Both the position numbers and the translations under genes were made by a program. 64,000 bases of DNA. Origin: the human T2T-CHM13v2.0 reference genome, Homo sapiens. Each line of letters starts with the position of its first letter. Positions within the stretch are counted from its first letter, which is position 1. Shown here in pieces: positions 57,735-64,000 of this stretch. The notes under the pieces are model-generated. The model searched no databases, was not told the origin of the DNA, and saw only the letters and a program-made list of their open reading frames with translations. The stretch lies in assembly GCF_009914755.1 (NCBI RefSeq), contig NC_060939.1; one strand, 5' to 3'.

Positions 57735-58628
57735 TAAAGAGACGTGGCACATATTTATGCTTTAAAGACTGACTGGAGTCTTAGAAGTTAATACGAAAAG
57801 AAAAAGAAGAAATGAAAATAATTAACCTGTTTCTATTTTATATCTACTAAAATTATCACCTCTCCATTTTATTATCTGAAGAGTCAAACTGCTTTCTGAG
57901 TTAACTAATGTCATTGTCAAAAGGAATAGGCATGAGGAAAGAAAAGAAAGACAGTAAATTTGTTTGGGACACAATTGACATATACAAGTGGCAAAAAAAA
58001 AAAAAATCCAATGATAAAACTGGAGTTTTCCAGATATTTTTGATACCATGGCACCTAAGAAGAAAGCTCACATCTAATGTTACAGGTGTTTTGCTTGGTT
58101 TACTGTAGTTTGGTTTTCTTCTTTTTGTTGAGTACATAGACTAGAGGACCAAAAGAAACAAATCTAAAGACCAAACAAATGCAGTCAATACATCAATATA
58201 TAACACAAGTTCACACAAATTTTCACAATCCAGATATAACCATATTAATATTTTGTTATACCTATTTACCTATATATTTCTTTTTTACAACTATGGACCT
58301 ACAAATATATAAAAATTGTAGTTCAGTGTCTTCATTTTTCATTCTTCCAGCAAAAATGGCTTGACCTGTATTTACCTAATTTTGAGGTATATATCTTTTA
58401 AGATGCCATGTCAGAAAAGCATATCGGTTTCAAATATAAACACTAAATAAAAAAGACTTAGAATCAGATCTTAAAAACTGCGGACTTCAACACTTCATAA
58501 TTAACAGCACTCCATAGGGAAAATGTTATTGGTAAGTTCTAAGATCGGTAGGAGCAACAATTTATTTAACAATGATTATTTATTCTCTTACGCAAATACA
58601 GGGAAGCCAACTGGTATATGAGAAAAAG

Positions 58629-58830
58629 ATATACACATATATATGTGTCTGTACATATATATGTATATATATAAACTATTATATTTAAATATATGCTATT
58701 TATACTATCTACATATATACTTTATATATATGCATATGAATGTGTGCACATACGTGTGTATATATATAGTAATGTACGCTATTATACATGTGTATGTGTT
58801 TATATATATCTAGGTATATATAGATATAAT
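58629..58830. repeat. (TA)n/(TG)n low-complexity tract
   Basis: Alternating purine-pyrimidine AT-rich run. Confidence 0.85.
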
Positions 58831-59169
58831 GAGTGTAAGATACACTGTTCTGTATTCTGCTTATTTCACTTAGGACTATATTGTGAACATCCTTACATGC
58901 CAGTAAATATAGTTTAACCTCATTTTTTAAAGGCTGTTATCTCATTGTAATGAGGTTCATTAATTTATTTAAAACCATGTATATATTGGTATTTGATTTT
59001 GGCTCTTATATTTGCTATTGCAGACAATCCTTTGATGAAAGTATCTTGTGGCACTTCCCCCAACTTATTCAATCAGTTGTTTTTGTATAGAGTAGGCAAT
59101 ATTTAATTATCCATTGACCTTAACTATTGCTTGACCCTTTCAAAATAAGAGCACAGGGTGAAGCGTTTT

Positions 59170-59476
<307 letters not shown>

Positions 59477-61139
59477 AGGGTGAAGCGTTTTAGATCCAAG
59501 CTCTGTCAGTATTATTTCCTTTCACATATTGTAATGAACTGTGACAGAAATGCCCTTTAAAGTGTATTACCTTCCAAGGCCTCATCTCTAAAAGTAAAAA
59601 CAACCTTAAACCCTCTTTCCCATTTAAATCTCCTTTATGTTGTTCCCTTGGCCACCAATACATTCCTTATTGTCCCTGCTCTCTTCCGTGGTTGTTGGGT
59701 CTAAATGCTCAGTCTCTCCATTTACCATACTGTTTTCCTCCTTGCATATCCTCTTTACCTCCAGTTGCTAAGTCATTAGTGAAGAGACCAATTTACATAT
59801 TGATATTTCATTTGCCTTTCTGATTGTTATTTTCAGGGCAACTTCTGGAGTTAAAAAATAAAATTTAAATGCTCATAAGAGATATAAATTTGTTACCTCA
59901 AGCGGTTGCCCAGGTACCAGGAAAAAAACAAAAACAAACAAAAGAAAACTCATGTAACTAGTTATTAGAGCCTGCATAGTTAATTGGATTTGGATTTGTA
60001 GGAAATTTCAGAAAAGTGCCTGCTACTAAATTACTTTGAACATTAGGGGTCCGAATCAAAGCTGCTGTCCACTCTTCCCAGTGAAAACCTCCCTAAGCTG
60101 TACTGCATTGGAGGGGAAAAACTACATGTTAAACCATTACCGAGACGGATTCTCTAATGCAATTTTCACTAATTTCTTTGCTGCTGGCCATGAAAATAAC
60201 TGGAACTCAATTCTTTCACAATCATGCTTAAAATCTCAAATCAGAACAAATGTAAGGAGTTACAGAAATGTTATAATAAATGCTATTTTATTTTACTTAT
60301 GGCAATAATGACTGTGCTTTTAACAAGTGCAGCAGTCACACTACCCTCAACCAGAAAGAAAAAGAGATCATTTTATTCCATTTGGCTTGCCCTGTTGAAA
60401 GCATTTGATATGCACATTCTTGTTCAAAAGGTGTTGCTTTTCTAAGGCATTCACTTGGTGTGTGAAGATCAGAATTGCAAACAGGTCAAATGTGAAGCAC
60501 ATCTTTCTCTTCCTCCATTCTCAAAATTTGCTTATTAGGTTGTAGCCTGGTTTACATTTACATTTTTGTTAGTAAGTGCTGAGTTGTTTACAAGCAATGT
60601 TGCCGTGCGAACCTTGAAAATAGCTCTGATGGGGAATTTTGAAAGTGCCAAGCTAAAGCTCAGAATGTGGAAATCAAGTTTGTAACATCTTGGCTGTTAA
60701 GCACCGCTTGTTGAAGGCAAGTCAGTGACTTCCTTAGAAGTATGTGTACGTTGAAGTAAGTGGGATTTGTCATTTGTCAGCGGAGAAAGAAATTCTCCCA
60801 TGCCAGATTCTGTTTGCTCCCCTCCCCACCAAAGCCACACAAGCCTGGTTACTCACATGACTACAGTTAGTAGGTCACTGGTGACTCCCTGGAAAATTCT
60901 AAATACATAGCTCAGATTCTGGACCTATACTGTGGACATCTGGAAGTGCCATTTCTAGGAGACTGTCCTCATTAGCCAGAGTTTTATGCCAATTCATTCC
61001 TGGACAGTAGAAGTCAGCCCAGAGACAGGTGAGACTGTGCATCTTGGATGATCAGGTATTGATTATATTAATGATGCCTTTGGAAGGCAGATACTACTGT
61101 GTGGATACCCTGCTCAGGCCTTGGCATCCCCTGGAACTG

Positions 61140-61345
61140 GGCCAGCATCCTGGCTTCTCGCTTACTAGGTAGGTGACCTTGGTTTAAGTTATTTAGCCTG
61201 TTTTTTTTCTGAAGTTTCTTCACTTGTAAAATACTGATAACCACTTCTAACTCATAGATTTATTATAAGAATTAAATCAGATAATAAATGTAAACCAGTC
61301 AGTGGCTTAGTGCCAAGCATTGATAAGCATAATATAAATAGTAGT
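61140..61345 (+). mobile_element. MIR
   Basis: cttactaggtaggtgaccttgg...agtttcttcacttgtaaaa...agaattaaatcagataat. Confidence 0.8.
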
Positions 61346-61859
61346 TCTTTTCATTTCATTAATTGCCATACCCTCATATTTTCTAACTTTTTTTATTAAA
61401 ATCCACAGTTGTGGGACAACCTGTTCCCTTAGTCACATTTCAATGTGAGCAGGCACCTATATGTTTGAATTGAAGGTTGTGGTAAAATTACTTTATATTT
61501 CTATGTTCAAATATTTTAAAGGTATGTTAGTAGGAAGCTTATCTTTGTATTTACCATACAAGCCTTCTTCAGATAGTGCTTTTTGTCTTTTGACTTGGGA
61601 CTTATAAGTAGAAAATATAAAAACAAGGTAAATATTAGATGGTATGCAAGCCACAACAAAGAACATCTCACTTAGCTGAGAACTCCTTTCCTCATTAAGG
61701 AAAACATGGCATGCTGTGTTGGACTGGGAATTACCGTTGGTAGTGGTGCTTCTCTCTATGGGGGAAGGACTGCAAAACTGTCCATGTTTAGACACTCAGG
61801 AGTGCTTTGCAGGCAAGCTAAGACCTTTTCCAAGAGAAAGGGTGGTGGTGGTCAGGGGA

Positions 61860-62075
61860 AGTAATATTTATTGAATGCCTACTAAATGCCAGGATCAAGG
61901 TACTATTAATAGTTTTTTTCATTTAACTATCTCAGCGTTATACCTATTATGTTTGTTATCATTATCTCCATTTTATAAATACGGAAAATGAGGCTAACAT
62001 TTTTGTTCATGGATCTACTGCAAGTGAATAAGAGAATACAAATTTGAATCCAGATGTGCTAGCTTTGAAATATAT
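61860..62075 (-). mobile_element. MIR
   Basis: atatttattgaatgcctact...attatctccattttataaatacggaaaatgaggct. Confidence 0.8.
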
Positions 62076-63044
62076 TCTCCTCCAGAGTGTTGATCTTGGC
62101 TCACAGATGGAAAGAAAGCTGCAGAACAAATTGTTAAAATCTGGTAATTCAGGCACAAAGACAAAAACCAATTTTAAATTTCTATTCAAAATACCTTAGA
62201 TGAAGTAAAGAAGGCAGGAAACATAATATTTCTTAGGATAATCATGTAGCTAGCAAGGGTATGTGGGCTCTTCTTTGATGCCAAGTTGACGTGAATTCTA
62301 AACTCTTTACCAAGGGAATCTATTAGGATATTTAGGGAAGCTTTTTCAAAACACTTAAGCTTGGACCCTGTTCCTGAAAATCCTGATTTTCCCACCCAGG
62401 AGAAATAATTATGCTGTTGGGCAGTTAACTAGACATTACAGAAAAGACAAAGCTTTCTTTAGTACAGATCAAGGTCCTGATGGAGCTTGAAGGCATAAAG
62501 GTGCAATTCCAAATACCTCAACTGCTGTAGATGAAGGGGCAGCATTTGCTCTAGATCCTCATCACAGCATTTCCTGGTATTCTTTCAGGTAGGTGACCAA
62601 AGCTCAGCCTGCAGTTCCTCTGACCAGGCTTCCAGCTCAGGTCCTGCCCATAGAGGTGGTCCACCTGATGCAGCTGGCCAACTTCTGTCTCCTACCACAA
62701 TAAGCTCTAGTGAACCCCTGAGCCCAGTAGCCTCTTCATCCAAGCAAGCTCTCACCAGCTTGCTTCTGTGACTCACGAAAAGGAGGAAGGAAAGAAATGG
62801 CCCACCAAAGAGAGATGGTGATGGAGTCCACTGTTGGGGAAAACAGTCTTATATCTTTCTTTTCATTTTAATCTTCAGTATCTTCTCAGTTAATTATTCT
62901 CCATTGAGTCATATCATTGGAGTAGACTTTCATCAATCAAGACATAGTTCATTCATCACTATAATAAACTTTAAGCTTCTTATTTTATGAGTCTCGTTTT
63001 AGCCAGATTACCTTGGTGTAGATTTTAATCAATGAAGATAAAGC

Positions 63045-63300
63045 TTATTCATTCTTTGGGAAAAAATGTTTGAGAACTTAAAATGTGCCTGACATGGTTC
63101 TTGGTGCTGGCCATACGCAGCTGAACAAGACAGATGATATTCTGTACTTATGGAGCTTGCCCAGTGGTGAGCAAGGCAGAGTGAGAGTAATTTATTTCAA
63201 GTACTACAAACACCAAGGAAAGGAACTGCAGGATGCTTGTGCAGCAGAAAGAGCTGAGGGGTCAGGGAAAGCTCTGTGGAAGGAGTGTTTAAACAAATGG
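63045..63300 (-). mobile_element. L2 3' fragment
   Basis: ttattcattc...atgtgcctgacatggttcttggtgctgg...gaacaagacaga...atggagcttg. Confidence 0.75.
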
Positions 63301-63663
63301 AGAAACCACCTTCTTCTCATTTTCTTAACCTGTTCACTAATAAGCTGCACAGCTCATAGCATGAACCTGTAACAAAGGCAGCATGGTTCTTGTGGTGATC
63401 CTGTATGTACTGACTATAATAGACAGATATTTAGAGATAGAAATAGATGAGAAACTAAACAGGCGTATAAGGTTCTGGCCTCATTACCTCAAGCCAACAA
63501 AGTAATACTAATGTCAGAATATTTTAGCTTAAGTAGAGTAAATCATTGGGATTTACTTTAATAATTGCAATATAACAAAGTATGCATTGTTGGCTGCCTT
63601 TAGATAATTTAGTTCTTGCGTTTTCCTTCCCTGCCTCTGTATCTCTTTTCCCTCCCTTTGCAG

Positions 63664-63832
63664 CAGTGTTTCTTTTAGGAATGGTCTTCAGACCTGCCTC
63701 AGATTCCAGTTGGGTGGATGCTAAAAATGTTGTTTCTTAGCCTCTACCACAGACTTACCAAATATATTTAGGGTTGGAACTATCTGTGTTTTTTAACAAG
63801 ATCTTTCCTGCACACTAAAGTTTGAGAAACAG
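63664..63832. mobile_element. MER5B-like MITE
   Basis: tttttaacaagatc...tgcacactaaagtttgagaaac. Confidence 0.65.
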
Positions 63833-64000
63833 AACTTGATAGTCATATCTTTCTACTGTTGCCTCATTAACATAGTCATCATCTCCTCAACTGGCTGATA
63901 AAGATGCTATCTAAGAACTGCACACCGCCTTTGTGATCAGCTTCCTGCCTCCAGGCTGCACACTTGGTAAGGTGACAGATTAAAACCGTGCTAAACTGCT

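Overview
Human (or very closely related primate) non-coding DNA, dominated by interspersed repeats. No intact protein-coding gene can be supported from the sequence. Main elements: a full-length Tigger1 split by a 4.2-kb 5'-truncated L1PA2-type LINE; a long old L1MC-type element carrying four Alus and a second young L1 that has a clear 3' transduction; an ERV1 LTR plus internal fragment hosting a tailless 7SK retropseudogene; a human-specific AluYa5-type insertion lying tail-to-tail with a near-identical AluY; and many MIR, L2, MER and MaLR relics. Every recognisable L1 is on the minus strand, which suggests the window lies inside a long plus-strand transcription unit, and several plus-strand exon candidates (including an 11-nt microexon) fit that. 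The least explained non-repeat features are (i) a ~1.06-kb minus-strand reading frame at 26551-27609 that looks like a single-exon gene of about 352 codons broken by two compensating frameshifts, and (ii) an apparent ancient Ty3/Gypsy gag relic at ~36994-37310. Repeat subfamily names come from recalled consensus sequences, and boundaries of old repeats are approximate.
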